Assembly (NCBI GenBank): GCA_024276825.1
Contig: JAJRWI010000079.1
Coordinates: forward strand, 1 to 64,000
Origin: an archaeon
Lineage (GTDB): Archaea; Asgardarchaeota; Thorarchaeia; Thorarchaeales; Thorarchaeaceae
DNA length: 64,000 bases
Reading direction: 5' to 3'
Every line of letters begins with the position of its first letter. Positions within the stretch are counted from its first letter, which is position 1. A program made the position numbers and the translations under genes. Positions 9,366-19,776 of this stretch are shown in pieces. The notes beneath the pieces were generated by a model. That model did not search any database. It was not told the origin of the DNA and saw nothing but the letters and a program-made list of their open reading frames with translations.

Positions 9366-10805
9366 TTGGGAACTACTGTTCATGTTCTATTAATTGATGA
9401 TTCTGATGATGACAGAGTATTAATTGACCGCACATTGAAGCAGGATGATTTTGATCCTGTGATAAAGAGGGTTGAGAGTCGTGAAGAGATGAGGGAGGCA
9501 TTGCAAGGCCAAGATTGGGATGTGATTCTTTGTGACTACTATATGCCCAGATTTGGTGCAGAGGAAGCCTTGGACATTCTAACACAGGTTGGCAAGGACA
9601 TTCCTTTCATTATTGTTTCTGGTGTCATTTCTGAAGATGCTGCTGTTAAATTGATGAAAATGGGAGCTAATGATTATGTGAAGAAAGACAGACTCAGCAG
9701 GCTTGGTCCAGTAATTCGAAGAGAGATGAAAGAGGCTCAACAGAGATCTGAGAAGAGAATTGCTCAAGCGAAGCTATACGAGTCGGAGCGTCGCTATAGG
9801 ATGCTTGTTCAATCCATGATGGACACCATCTTTGTTGTTGATCTCGACGGGACAGTTCAGGAATATCATTCAACAAGGCATTTTTGTGATACCATTCCAG
9901 AGGTCATAGAGGGAGAAACTACTATTTCTGATTTGTTTAAACCAGATATTGCTAAGAGGTATAAAGACGCCATAAAAAAGACCTTTGAGGAACAAACAAA
10001 TCACGAATTCGAGTTTGTTATTGAAGACCATTGCCCATACTACTGTCACACGAGCTTGAGTCCTCATGAAGATGATGAGCATGTTGTGATTGTACTTAGG
10101 GATATTTCTCAATTGAAGAAAACAGAGCAGGAATTGAGAGCTACTTATAGAATTGCAATGCTCTATTTTGATCTTATGTCCCATGATATTAGAAACTATC
10201 TGCAGGCCATGAAGATTGGAATCGAACTTGTAATGCAAGAGAACATGTCGAATAGAAGTCAAAAGCTGTTGAATGAGGTGATGCATGCAATAGATGAGTG
10301 TGCAGATTTGATTTCTGCAGTGAGTGCTACTAAGGACATACTCCAGACTCCAATGATGAATGTCCCACTACTTGAAACACTTTCAGAATGCATACGAATA
10401 ATACAGAACAGACATGAAAATGTCCAGATTGAGATGGACAGTGATGTCAGAAGCGCAGTTGTTCAAGCTGATAAGTATCTCATACTACTTTTCATGAATC
10501 TGCTTGAGAATGCGGTTGTTCATAACAACAGTAATCAACCACATATCTGGATAAAGGTGATACAAATAGACAATGGTTTTGAAATAAGAATTGCTGACAA
10601 CGGACCGGGAATAAGTGATAGCATGAAAAAGACTCTTTTTGACCCTAATAGAAGGTTTGGCGGCGTGGGAGTACACCAGGTCATTCAACTATGTGAGAAA
10701 TATGGCGGAAGAATCGATGTGGTTGATAGAGATCCTAACAATAGTAAGTCAGGAGTCGAGTTTCGGGTTTGGTTGCCTGCTCCTCAGATCAATGATGCTA
10801 TTTAA
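9366..10805 (+). CDS. Hybrid REC-PAS-histidine kinase
   Basis: LLIDDSDDD and CDYYMP receiver; SHDIRN H-box; NLLENAVVH; DNGPG; start refined to TTG at 9366. Confidence 0.9.
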   Translation: MGTTVHVLLIDDSDDDRVLIDRTLKQDDFDPVIKRVESREEMREALQGQDWDVILCDYYMPRFGAEEALDILTQVGKDIPFIIVSGVISEDAAVKLMKMGANDYVKKDRLSRLGPVIRREMKEAQQRSEKRIAQAKLYESERRYRMLVQSMMDTIFVVDLDGTVQEYHSTRHFCDTIPEVIEGETTISDLFKPDIAKRYKDAIKKTFEEQTNHEFEFVIEDHCPYYCHTSLSPHEDDEHVVIVLRDISQLKKTEQELRATYRIAMLYFDLMSHDIRNYLQAMKIGIELVMQENMSNRSQKLLNEVMHAIDECADLISAVSATKDILQTPMMNVPLLETLSECIRIIQNRHENVQIEMDSDVRSAVVQADKYLILLFMNLLENAVVHNNSNQPHIWIKVIQIDNGFEIRIADNGPGISDSMKKTLFDPNRRFGGVGVHQVIQLCEKYGGRIDVVDRDPNNSKSGVEFRVWLPAPQINDAI

Positions 10806-10825
10806 TAATCTATTGTGAATCATGT

Positions 10826-11620
10826 TTACTTGATTGACCGAAGACCCGAGGTCCGCAAGAACCATTCAACTATGGACTGTTCTGTGATCTGCTTGGCAAA
10901 CGCATCGGACAGGACATGATCAGCCCCCTCCACAATCACAATATCTTTCGGATTCCCAGCCGTTTCGTATAGTCTTTTTACGCCACCTAAGGGAATCAGA
11001 TCATCGGAGTTGCCAGTAATTATGAGTATGGGGCGGGGCGAGATCATTCGAATATCGATCATAGGATTGTAAGTCTGGCTATCAATTATCAGTTGTTCTT
11101 TCATTCTCTGTCGTGTCGCCCGATTTGTAATATCATGAACCGAATCAGGGGCCTCATTTAGAATGAACTCAAACACGCTATCTACAGTATTATCAGCGAC
11201 AAAGAGAGAAGTGTCAAACACAGGAGCGCGTAGGCATACTGCCTTAATTCTCTTATCGCGCGCAGCAGTGCATACTGCCACTGCACCACCAAAGCTTGCA
11301 CCATAAGCACCAATCCAGTCATCATAAACAAGATCAGATTCAAGCATGAAACTTACAGCAGCACTTGCATCATGAATCATGCCACCTAGAGAGAATAGGC
11401 CATCACTCTTTCTAAAACCACGAAAATCAAAGGTCAGAACTGCAAAGCCCGCCTTTGCAAGTCTAGTAGCAATTCCACTGGTCTGGTCGGGAGAACCAGG
11501 GAGGCCATGAAACTTACAGATACCATAGAAAGGTCCCTGATATGTGGGAGTCAAAAGATTGCCCCGAATGGTCTCATTTTCGGAAACAAACTCAACTGGT
11601 TGAATGACAGGATTTGACAT
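10826..11620 (-). CDS. Alpha/beta hydrolase
   Basis: HG, FDFRG, GASFGG nucleophile elbow, GxxDxxIP, GADH. Confidence 0.9.
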   Translation of the reverse strand: MSNPVIQPVEFVSENETIRGNLLTPTYQGPFYGICKFHGLPGSPDQTSGIATRLAKAGFAVLTFDFRGFRKSDGLFSLGGMIHDASAAVSFMLESDLVYDDWIGAYGASFGGAVAVCTAARDKRIKAVCLRAPVFDTSLFVADNTVDSVFEFILNEAPDSVHDITNRATRQRMKEQLIIDSQTYNPMIDIRMISPRPILIITGNSDDLIPLGGVKRLYETAGNPKDIVIVEGADHVLSDAFAKQITEQSIVEWFLRTSGLRSIK

Positions 11621-11670
11621 AGGGTTCGGTTAAACATAAGTCAAGATAAATTAGACCTACTGATTGTATT

Positions 11671-12456
11671 TCAAAGGCCGCGATTGATTTGTTGAACCAC
11701 ATCGCCCGCATCTACACGCATAATGTTATGGGGTGAAACTTCTATTAGCAGAGCACCAGATTTGGTAATATCCAAGGCGACTCCTGTGATGACATTCCCC
11801 CCATCAACCACGGTGACATGCTTTCCAAGAGTCGCGTTCATTTTTCGCCACTCATTAAGAATTGCATTATGATTTCCAGTTTCAAGCATAACAAGCCTTT
11901 GATAAAAGCCATGTATGATTGTGATTATCAGTTGGTTGAGATCTACAGTCTGTTGAAGCGCCTCTTGCAGAGTAGTGATTCTGTTTCGCAGATTAGCAGG
12001 AAATCCAGCCACTTCTTGATTGACATTGACACCAATTCCAACAACTATCCACATGGTGCCATGAGTATCAAAGACCTCACTCAATATTCCTGCAACCTTT
12101 TTACTATTTATCAAGACATCATTAGGCCATTTCAATAGTGCATTCAGTCCATATAGTTCTCTGATAGATTGACAGACTGCACAACCAGCAAGAAGATTGA
12201 AAAGAGTATATTTTTGAGCATCACATTTGGGTTTCAATAATAACGACATGTACAGACCGCCCTTTGGAGAGATCCATCTTCGGTCATGCCTGCCACGTCC
12301 ATGGGTCTGTGTTTCTGAAAGTACAAGAGTTATGCCTGAAGTTTTATTCAATACGAGTTCGCGAGCGGTCCGGTTTGTAGATTCCACACTCTCATGATAT
12401 ACTATGTTCGATATCAGATTTTGTAGGGATTCACTCAGCCTATCAAGTTCAATCAT
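11671..12456 (-). CDS. birA: Biotin--protein ligase
   Basis: STN, QTHGRGR, WISP, KWPND, KVAGIL, GIGVN. Confidence 0.95.
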   Translation of the reverse strand: MIELDRLSESLQNLISNIVYHESVESTNRTARELVLNKTSGITLVLSETQTHGRGRHDRRWISPKGGLYMSLLLKPKCDAQKYTLFNLLAGCAVCQSIRELYGLNALLKWPNDVLINSKKVAGILSEVFDTHGTMWIVVGIGVNVNQEVAGFPANLRNRITTLQEALQQTVDLNQLIITIIHGFYQRLVMLETGNHNAILNEWRKMNATLGKHVTVVDGGNVITGVALDITKSGALLIEVSPHNIMRVDAGDVVQQINRGL

Positions 12457-12586
12457 GTCAAGACTAAGTTATGCGTGCCGGTTCAAAAGTAATTCCATTT
12501 GAGTGAAACTTGATGCTTATTCGGTATACTTAACGAATTACTTTATAACTAGCATTGACAGTCATTAATTTACTAGAGGGAGAGCT

Positions 12587-13414
12587 ATGACAAGCTTAGC
12601 AGGTGCAATGATTCTCTCGGACCAGAACAAGACTCTCCTTTTCAAGAATAAAGACTTGAGTGACCCATCATACAAGGATGAGCTGTTCTATGACGTTGAT
12701 TGTTTTGGTATTCGTGGAGTTGACATGAGTACCGGGCAGAAGATGGGACTATCAATTGGAGTCAATAGATATGGGCTTTCTGCTGCAAACACCCATGTAA
12801 AAGAAACAAGTGACCCCACGTATGATTTTCTGACAGAACAAATCCTTATGTTTGCAAAGAATGCGGAAGATGGTCTGAACATGGTTGTCGAGCACCTTAG
12901 GGCTGGAAGAAAGTATCAATGGGGAAACCTCATTCTTGCAGACAATTCAAGGACACTTGCAATTGAAATTGCTGGCGATGATCATTCCATAGAGTGGTCT
13001 GACAGAAAGGTGTTACGAACTGGTCATCATATAATGCTGGACACTGAGCAGGTATTGCTTGAGCGCGCATCAAAGAATGATGATTGCTATGAAGACTCTG
13101 TGCGGAGGGTTGAAAGGGGCTATGATCTCATTAGACAGGTGAAGAGTGTCAATGATGTCTTCAACTTACTCAAAGATCATGGGGAGGGCCCCTCACAATC
13201 GAGTATATGCAGACATCCTGTTGGTGATGAAACTCTCTCAACAGTAATGAGCTATCTCATTGAGATTGAACACCAACCCGAGGCCATAAGGCCTATGATC
13301 AAATTTCATTTTTGCAGGGGCAACCCATGTCAGAACAGTTATGACACAATTCCTCTGTTGTTTCCAGCAGATGAGGAAATAATAAAGAGGGCCCATACCA
13401 TGTTTTTCAAATGA
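12587..13414 (+). CDS. Ntn-hydrolase, peptidase C45/acyltransferase-like
   Basis: FKNKD, GVNRYGL, GNLILAD, LRTGH, SICRH, GNPC; lacks the N-terminal Cys. Confidence 0.65.
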   Translation: MTSLAGAMILSDQNKTLLFKNKDLSDPSYKDELFYDVDCFGIRGVDMSTGQKMGLSIGVNRYGLSAANTHVKETSDPTYDFLTEQILMFAKNAEDGLNMVVEHLRAGRKYQWGNLILADNSRTLAIEIAGDDHSIEWSDRKVLRTGHHIMLDTEQVLLERASKNDDCYEDSVRRVERGYDLIRQVKSVNDVFNLLKDHGEGPSQSSICRHPVGDETLSTVMSYLIEIEHQPEAIRPMIKFHFCRGNPCQNSYDTIPLLFPADEEIIKRAHTMFFK

Positions 13415-14705
13415 TGTCCTCATCAAACTCTTCTTCAGGCTCGATAAATATCTCAGCCCCACGAATGCGTTCCAGTCTTGCCTCATGCTTATGGAAGAAT
13501 GCATAGAACATAATGATGGCAATTACATACAATGAGGCAACTAGAAGATAGGGCAGCCTGTAGAGTCCCATTGAGAGAATTGATCCACCAATGATTGCCG
13601 CTATTCCACGAACAAACGAGTCGCCCGCGCGTGTGACTCCCATAGCTGTCGAGCGCTCTTCATTAGACAGATTCTCCATGAGGAAGGCAGATGATATTGG
13701 TCCTGCCATGTTCATCAGCACATTTCTTGAGACATATGCAATAACACCATAATGGATTGTGGGTGCCCACCAGAGCATGATTAGAAAGGGTATTGAGAGA
13801 GCTTCTGTAAGGACAATAGTCTTGACCTTACCAAACCTGTCAGCTAGTGCAGGTGCAATGAAACTTCCAGTGGACAGGAGAATCATATTCAGTCCAAAAA
13901 TGATCCCAATGAGTGCATCATCAGCAATGAATACTTTCTTGAAATAGATGTTGAAGAAGCGTACAATCATTCCAGCACCAAGGCCAACAGTAGATACGGT
14001 CAGCGCATATTTTCCTATGAATGATTTGTTCTTGATTGTGAATGTGCTACGAAGGGAATAGTTCGGGATTACAGTGTCTCGACTCATGAGCACTATGAGC
14101 GCGGTTCCAAGAATCAATGGGACCATGCTTGTCCAGAGCGCATATCGATAAGCAACTAGCTTGTTGCTCGTGTTTAGGATCACAGAATAAATGCCAGGGA
14201 GAAAACCACCCATAATACTACCAAAGAAAACGCCAAGCACGCTTACTCCACTGTTTACACCGAATAGATGAGCGCGCTCCTTATCAGTAGATAGTGATGA
14301 GATATAAGGGGTCCATGAAACATGCATGAAGGCAGAGGAGAAACCAAGTAGTATCTGTGATGAGAGAAGTCCAATCGGATTTACAATGGTATATTGAATC
14401 AGTAGCATCAAGTTGCTAAGAATGCTGGCCAGAAGAATCACTTTCTTCTTACAAAAGCGATTGATCATCACACCTGCGAACAATGCAATCCCTGCAGTGG
14501 CGAACATGGAGAATGACATGAACACTCCAATGAAGTCCTCTTGAAAGCCGGGAATCTCGAGCATGTATAGATTGAAGACCACATTGCTGATCCCCATGCC
14601 GAGAGAGTTCATTGAGTTGATGAGAATGAACAGCTTGGCATCCTTCTTGAACAGACGGATCTTTCCAATGTAGCCAAGACTCTGATCATTCTCCAATAAA
14701 TGCAC
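13407..14705 (-). CDS. MFS transporter
   Basis: About 12 TM helices, LADRFGK motif A. Confidence 0.9.
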   Translation of the reverse strand: MHLLENDQSLGYIGKIRLFKKDAKLFILINSMNSLGMGISNVVFNLYMLEIPGFQEDFIGVFMSFSMFATAGIALFAGVMINRFCKKKVILLASILSNLMLLIQYTIVNPIGLLSSQILLGFSSAFMHVSWTPYISSLSTDKERAHLFGVNSGVSVLGVFFGSIMGGFLPGIYSVILNTSNKLVAYRYALWTSMVPLILGTALIVLMSRDTVIPNYSLRSTFTIKNKSFIGKYALTVSTVGLGAGMIVRFFNIYFKKVFIADDALIGIIFGLNMILLSTGSFIAPALADRFGKVKTIVLTEALSIPFLIMLWWAPTIHYGVIAYVSRNVLMNMAGPISSAFLMENLSNEERSTAMGVTRAGDSFVRGIAAIIGGSILSMGLYRLPYLLVASLYVIAIIMFYAFFHKHEARLERIRGAEIFIEPEEEFDEDII

Positions 14706-14802
14706 CTCAGCAAATTACTGACGCTTGATTCCATTCTAATTAAAATGGTTTTGAGTTATGCAAAGATTAAAACCGATTGTGTGTCGCGACAATTCGAGGA
14801 AA

Positions 14803-15852
14803 ATGAGGACTATTGACCTTCGAAGTGATACCGTCACACTTCCAACAGATGAGATGATTCATGCTATTGTACGTGCTCACGAGCAGCATAGGTTTGGTGA
14901 TGATGTTATTGGAGAAGATGAAGTGGTAATCGAACTTCAGGAGAAGGCCGCTAGAATCTTAGGAAAAGAGGCTGCACTTCTTGTAACATCTGGCACGCAG
15001 GGCAATCTCATTTCGATGTTCACTCAGACAAAGCGTGGTGATGAGGTTGTCATTGAAGAGAGGTCACACACATTTCTCTTCGAAGGGGGAGCAATGGCTT
15101 CACTGGGAGGACTGTTTCCAAAGCCGGTAAGGGGAATCAGGGGATATATCACACCAGAGCAACTGGAGAGGGTTATAAGTCCCGATGACCCGCATTATGC
15201 TCATACTGCCCTTATTTCCATCGAGAACACTCACAATTATGCAGGGGGAGTGATTGTACGACCAGAACAGGTCGATGCTCTTGCAGGAGTCGCCCATGAC
15301 CATGGCCTGGCAGTTCATTGTGATGGTGCACGGCTTTTCAATGCTGCTGTGGCACTTGATATTCCAGCAAGCCGCCTCGTTAGAAATACGGATAGTGTGA
15401 TGATCTGTCTGAGCAAGGGGCTCTCAGCTCCCATAGGTTCAATTATAGCGGGGACTGAAGAGTTCATTCATCAGGCAAGACGAATCAGAAAGAAGATGGG
15501 CGGCGGCATGCGACAGGCAGGAATCATTGCAGCGCCAGGAATCATCGCCTTAGAAAAAATGATAGACAGGCTTAAGGAAGACCATCAAAACGCAAGACTT
15601 CTCTATAATAGGCTCTCTAAGGTTCAGGGTCTGAAGTTAGAGAAACCCGAAACTAACATCCTATTTGTTGAGTTGGACAATTTCAATATTAATGCCAGAC
15701 AATTCGCACACGAACTGAAGAAGTACAATATTCTGGTATATGGGGAATATGGCACACGTTCTAGATTTGTGCTGAACCGAATGGTAAGTCGGGATGATAC
15801 CATTAGGGTGGCGGAGGCAATAGAAGAGATCTTGGAAAGATTCAGAATGTGA
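14803..15852 (+). CDS. ltaE: Low-specificity L-threonine aldolase
   Basis: IDLRSDTVT, SGTQGN, ENTHN, DGARLFN, CLSKGL, GGGMRQAG. Confidence 0.95.
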   Translation: MRTIDLRSDTVTLPTDEMIHAIVRAHEQHRFGDDVIGEDEVVIELQEKAARILGKEAALLVTSGTQGNLISMFTQTKRGDEVVIEERSHTFLFEGGAMASLGGLFPKPVRGIRGYITPEQLERVISPDDPHYAHTALISIENTHNYAGGVIVRPEQVDALAGVAHDHGLAVHCDGARLFNAAVALDIPASRLVRNTDSVMICLSKGLSAPIGSIIAGTEEFIHQARRIRKKMGGGMRQAGIIAAPGIIALEKMIDRLKEDHQNARLLYNRLSKVQGLKLEKPETNILFVELDNFNINARQFAHELKKYNILVYGEYGTRSRFVLNRMVSRDDTIRVAEAIEEILERFRM

Positions 15853-15854
15853 TC

Positions 15855-16148
15855 CTACATGCAACCACGGCATTCTTCAATCAGTCGACTAACATGTTTC
15901 TCCCAACTTGGTTCCAGCTCCAATGCACGCTCTGCGCAATGTATGGCATCTTCAAACCTGCCCATTTTCTTGAGGAGCAGGCCTTTGTAATACCATGCAT
16001 GCGCATAGTCAGAGCTAAGCTCAATGGCTTGCTCATAAGCACGCAGGGCCTCTTCATACTGACCGTTGCGCTCATGCGCCCTAGCCAGTCTGTAGAAGTC
16101 GTAATGCGTTCGGGGAATCTCCTCAGACTCCAAGTGATGGGCCTCCAA
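15855..16148 (-). CDS. Small TPR protein
   Basis: Two TPR repeats (YEEALRAYEQAIEL...AWYYKG...A). Confidence 0.8.
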   Translation of the reverse strand: MEAHHLESEEIPRTHYDFYRLARAHERNGQYEEALRAYEQAIELSSDYAHAWYYKGLLLKKMGRFEDAIHCAERALELEPSWEKHVSRLIEECRGCM

Positions 16149-16225
16149 ACATTATGTATTTGGTTTAAAACCCAATAAGCCTTTTGTCGAGTCTTGCGAG
16201 TAGAGATGTTCGACTCTTTCTGCAT

Positions 16226-16639
16226 TCAGTCTTGATGCTGGCAGAGTTCTATTAAGACTCCCCCTGTTGACTTTGGATGAACGAATGCAATAAGCATGTT
16301 GTGAGCGCCAACTCGTGGATCTTCATCAATGAGTCGTGAACCTAGGCGCTTGTGTTCTTCAAGAGCAGAATATATGTCTTTGACATGGACCGCAATGTGA
16401 TGAATGCCTTCTCCGCGCTTTTGCAGAAACTTAGCAACAGTACTGTCTTCCGAAGTTGGCTCAAGAAGCTCAAGCCTACTCTCGCCAATCTTGAGGAAGG
16501 CCACCCTGACCTTCTGCTCTTCAACCACTTCTTCGCCAACATAGTTCAAACCCAGAGCATCCTGATAGTAAGGAAGTCGCGACTCAATACTCTTAACTGC
16601 TATACCAACATGATCAATTCTTTCAACATTCATATTCAT
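16226..16639 (-). CDS. mce: Methylmalonyl-CoA epimerase
   Basis: DHVGIAV, ELLEP, GEGIHHIA, FVHPKSTGGVLIEL. Confidence 0.95.
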   Translation of the reverse strand: MNMNVERIDHVGIAVKSIESRLPYYQDALGLNYVGEEVVEEQKVRVAFLKIGESRLELLEPTSEDSTVAKFLQKRGEGIHHIAVHVKDIYSALEEHKRLGSRLIDEDPRVGAHNMLIAFVHPKSTGGVLIELCQHQD

Positions 16640-16645
16640 TCACTC

Positions 16646-18325
16646 TCACAGTATATCAGGGGACTTGTACTCGCCGAAGACATCACGAAGAACATCACAG
16701 ATCTCTCCTAATGTAGCATAGGCCTTGACAGCATCAAGGATCAATGGTACCAGATTCTCATCACCCTTCGCACCAGCCTTTAGGGCTTCAAGGGTTTCTT
16801 GGACTCTGTCGTTGTCACGGGTCTCACGCACCTTCTTCAATCGGGCCACCTGCTCTTCTTCAACATGAGGGTCAACTCGGAGATAATCAATTGTGCGCTC
16901 TTCAGGTACAATGAATTTATTGACACCAACGACAATTCTTTGGCCCGCGTCAACAGCAGTCTGAAACTGATAAGCAGAGTTATGGATTTCACTCTGAATA
17001 TAGCCATTCTCAATGGCTGCAGGAGCACCACCCATCGAGTCAATCTTCTCAATGTATTTCATCACACACTCCTCAATCTCGTTCGTCAACGACTCGATAT
17101 AGTAGGAGCCAGCTAAGGGGTCAATCGTGTCACCAACTCCAGTTTCGTAGGCAATGATCTGCTGTGTGCGTAGTGCGATCTGCACAGACTCTTCAGTGGG
17201 AAGAGCAAGGGCCTCATCTCTCGAGTTCGTGTGCAACGAATTCGTACCACCGAGTACCGCCTGAAGTGCCTGCAATGTCACTCTGACGATATTATTATCT
17301 GGTTGCTGAGCTGTCAGTGTGCATCCCGCAGTTTGTGTGTGAAATCTCAAGCGGCAAGACTTGTCATCCCTTGCGCCAAATCTCTCTCGCATGATTCTGG
17401 CCCATAGTCTTCTTGCTGCTCTGAACTTGGCGATTTCCTCAAGAAAATCGCTATGCGAACCGAAGAAGAATGACAAGCGTGAGGCAAAAGCATCAACATC
17501 GAGACCTGCTTCGATCGCTGCCTTCACATAGGCAATGCCATTAGCCAGAGTGAATGCAAGTTCTTGAACAGCAGTTGATCCGGCCTCACGGATATGATAG
17601 CCGCTTATGCTTATTGTGTTCCAGAGTGGCATATTCTCGGAGCAGAACTTAAAGATATCAGTTATTAGACGCATTGATGGCTTGGGTGGAAAAATGTAAG
17701 TCCCACGAGCAACATACTCCTTTAGGATGTCATTCTGAATAGTGCCCCGGAGTTTTTCCATTGGAACACCTTGCTTTTCAGCGACTGCAATATACATGGC
17801 AAGCAATACAGCAGCAGGGGCATTAATTGTCATTGATGTGCTCACCTTGTTGAGAGGAATACCATCAAAAAGAACCTCCATGTCGGCCAGAGAGTCAATA
17901 GCAACACCAACCTTGCCCACTTCGCCATGCGACATTGGGTTGTCTGAGTCATAACCAATCTGAGTTGGCAGGTCGAAGGCAACTGAGAGCCCTGTCTGGC
18001 CCTGATCCAGAAGGAATCTGAAACGTTCATTGGTCTCCTTCGCAGTGGCAAAACCGCTGTACTGACGCATCGTCCAGAATCTACCGCGATACATTGTGGG
18101 CTGGACCCCACGTGTGAATGGGTATTGACCAGGAAAGCCCAAGTCCTGAAGATAATCAACTGTCTGTGTATCAAGAGGTGTATAGAGCCGCTTCACTGGT
18201 ATTCCAGATATTGTCTTGAACTCCTCCTCTCTTTCAGGAAATCGATTGATGGTCTTCGCAACAGGTCCCTTTTCCCAATCACTGAGGGCCTTCTTTAATG
18301 AGTTCTCATCACTCATCCTAAACAC
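16646..18325 (-). CDS. mcmA1: Methylmalonyl-CoA mutase, substrate-binding (large) subunit
   Basis: WTMRQYSGF (Tyr) and [10 protein letters not shown] (Arg) specificity residues; [12 protein letters not shown]. Confidence 0.95.
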   Translation of the reverse strand: MFRMSDENSLKKALSDWEKGPVAKTINRFPEREEEFKTISGIPVKRLYTPLDTQTVDYLQDLGFPGQYPFTRGVQPTMYRGRFWTMRQYSGFATAKETNERFRFLLDQGQTGLSVAFDLPTQIGYDSDNPMSHGEVGKVGVAIDSLADMEVLFDGIPLNKVSTSMTINAPAAVLLAMYIAVAEKQGVPMEKLRGTIQNDILKEYVARGTYIFPPKPSMRLITDIFKFCSENMPLWNTISISGYHIREAGSTAVQELAFTLANGIAYVKAAIEAGLDVDAFASRLSFFFGSHSDFLEEIAKFRAARRLWARIMRERFGARDDKSCRLRFHTQTAGCTLTAQQPDNNIVRVTLQALQAVLGGTNSLHTNSRDEALALPTEESVQIALRTQQIIAYETGVGDTIDPLAGSYYIESLTNEIEECVMKYIEKIDSMGGAPAAIENGYIQSEIHNSAYQFQTAVDAGQRIVVGVNKFIVPEERTIDYLRVDPHVEEEQVARLKKVRETRDNDRVQETLEALKAGAKGDENLVPLILDAVKAYATLGEICDVLRDVFGEYKSPDIL

Positions 18326-19285
18326 CTACTCTCTAAACTTGACAAGAAAATCTAGAATCAGTCTTTCCGCAACTGTATATGGGTCAGCAATACGTTCCGC
18401 TATTTTCTGAATTGCCTCTTCATATTCGGGAGTCCCCTGAAGCTTCATTAACAGCTCGCGCGTCAGCTTGTACTTCATCAATTGCTCGAGTTCTTCCTTG
18501 CTCCTCTCAAGACCTTTCTTCTTCAGTAGACCAGTTTCTACAAGGAATCTCATGTGCTCCTCTATCTTGTCCACAAGCTCAGGGATTCCCTCGCCAGTGT
18601 TCGCATTTGTGAGAATGACTGGAGGTCTCCACATGCCCATGTTTGGGTCTATGTCCAACATAGCATTAATCTCGGTGACCTTCTTATCAGCTCCTGGGAG
18701 GTCTTTCTTATTGACCACAAAAATATCTGCAATCTCCATGATTCCCGCCTTGATTGCCTGAATGTCATCACCGCTGCCAGGAACATCAGTAACAATGACT
18801 GTGTGTGCAAGTTCTACAACATCAACCTCGGACTGCCCAGTGCCGACAGTTTCCACAATGATTATGTCTTTTCCGAAGGCGTCAATGACCCTCACTGCAT
18901 CGGAAGTAGCTCGCGACAAACCGCCAAGGTGTCCCCGAGTGCCCATGCTGCGGACAAATACCTCACGGTCGAGTGTGTGTTCTTGCATTCTTATTCTGTC
19001 CCCAAGCAATGCGCCGCCAGTAAAGGGACTCGATGGATCTACACAGATAATGCCCACCGTCTTACTGCGCCTTCTGAACTCTGCAGTCATTCGAGTGACT
19101 ATTGTGCTCTTTCCAGAACCTGGAGGACCAGTCACGCCTATGACATGGGCCTTTCCCGTATGCTTGTATAATGCACTTAGAATCTTGTCGGCCTTGGGAT
19201 CTTCATTCTCAATCAGTGTGATCACGCGAGCAAGGGCCCGCCTCTTACCACTAAGCACCGCTTCGACAAGATCATCTATCGACAA
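18326..19285 (-). CDS. meaB: Methylmalonyl-CoA mutase-associated GTPase MeaB
   Basis: GPPGSGKST, VDPSSPFTGGALLGDRIRM, ETVGTGQSE, NKKD. Confidence 0.95.
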   Translation of the reverse strand: MSIDDLVEAVLSGKRRALARVITLIENEDPKADKILSALYKHTGKAHVIGVTGPPGSGKSTIVTRMTAEFRRRSKTVGIICVDPSSPFTGGALLGDRIRMQEHTLDREVFVRSMGTRGHLGGLSRATSDAVRVIDAFGKDIIIVETVGTGQSEVDVVELAHTVIVTDVPGSGDDIQAIKAGIMEIADIFVVNKKDLPGADKKVTEINAMLDIDPNMGMWRPPVILTNANTGEGIPELVDKIEEHMRFLVETGLLKKKGLERSKEELEQLMKYKLTRELLMKLQGTPEYEEAIQKIAERIADPYTVAERLILDFLVKFRE

Positions 19286-19300
19286 AGAACAATTCCTCTG

Positions 19301-19702
19301 CTATTTCTTGACGTGTGTTCGAATATACTCCACAATGTCTTCAAGAGGAGTACCTGGCCCGAAGATCTCAGCAATGCCTGCTTTCTTCAGTTCGGGAATA
19401 TCATCCTCGGGGATTATGCCCCCACCAACTACAAGAATGTCATTAGCGCCCTCTTTGCGGAGCAATTCCATCACCCTTGGGAACAGGGCCATGTGAGCGC
19501 CACTTAATATGCTCAGGCCAATGCAGTCAACATCTTCTTGCAGCGCAGATTCAACAATCATCTCTGGAGTCTGACGTAGGCCTGTGTAAATGACCTCCAT
19601 TCCAGCGTCTCTCAGAGCCCTTGCAACCACTTTCGCACCACGGTCATGACCATCGAGACCGGGCTTTGCTATGAGCACTCGTATCTTTTTGGATGAATTC
19701 AA
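19301..19702 (-). CDS. mcmA2: Acyl-CoA mutase cobalamin-binding (small) subunit
   Basis: [23 protein letters not shown]. Confidence 0.95.
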   Translation of the reverse strand: MNSSKKIRVLIAKPGLDGHDRGAKVVARALRDAGMEVIYTGLRQTPEMIVESALQEDVDCIGLSILSGAHMALFPRVMELLRKEGANDILVVGGGIIPEDDIPELKKAGIAEIFGPGTPLEDIVEYIRTHVKK

Positions 19703-19776
19703 AGACCCACCTCATTTTCTAGATGGACATGGTCTGATTTTACATTGCGGTATAAAGCCTTTCGATTGAAATAAAC

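Noticed and set aside
18379-19496. Long plus-strand ORFs (205 and 244 aa)
   Set aside because: Antisense shadows of meaB and the B12-binding subunit; the same applies to 23706..24299, 39863..40489 and 52605..53436.
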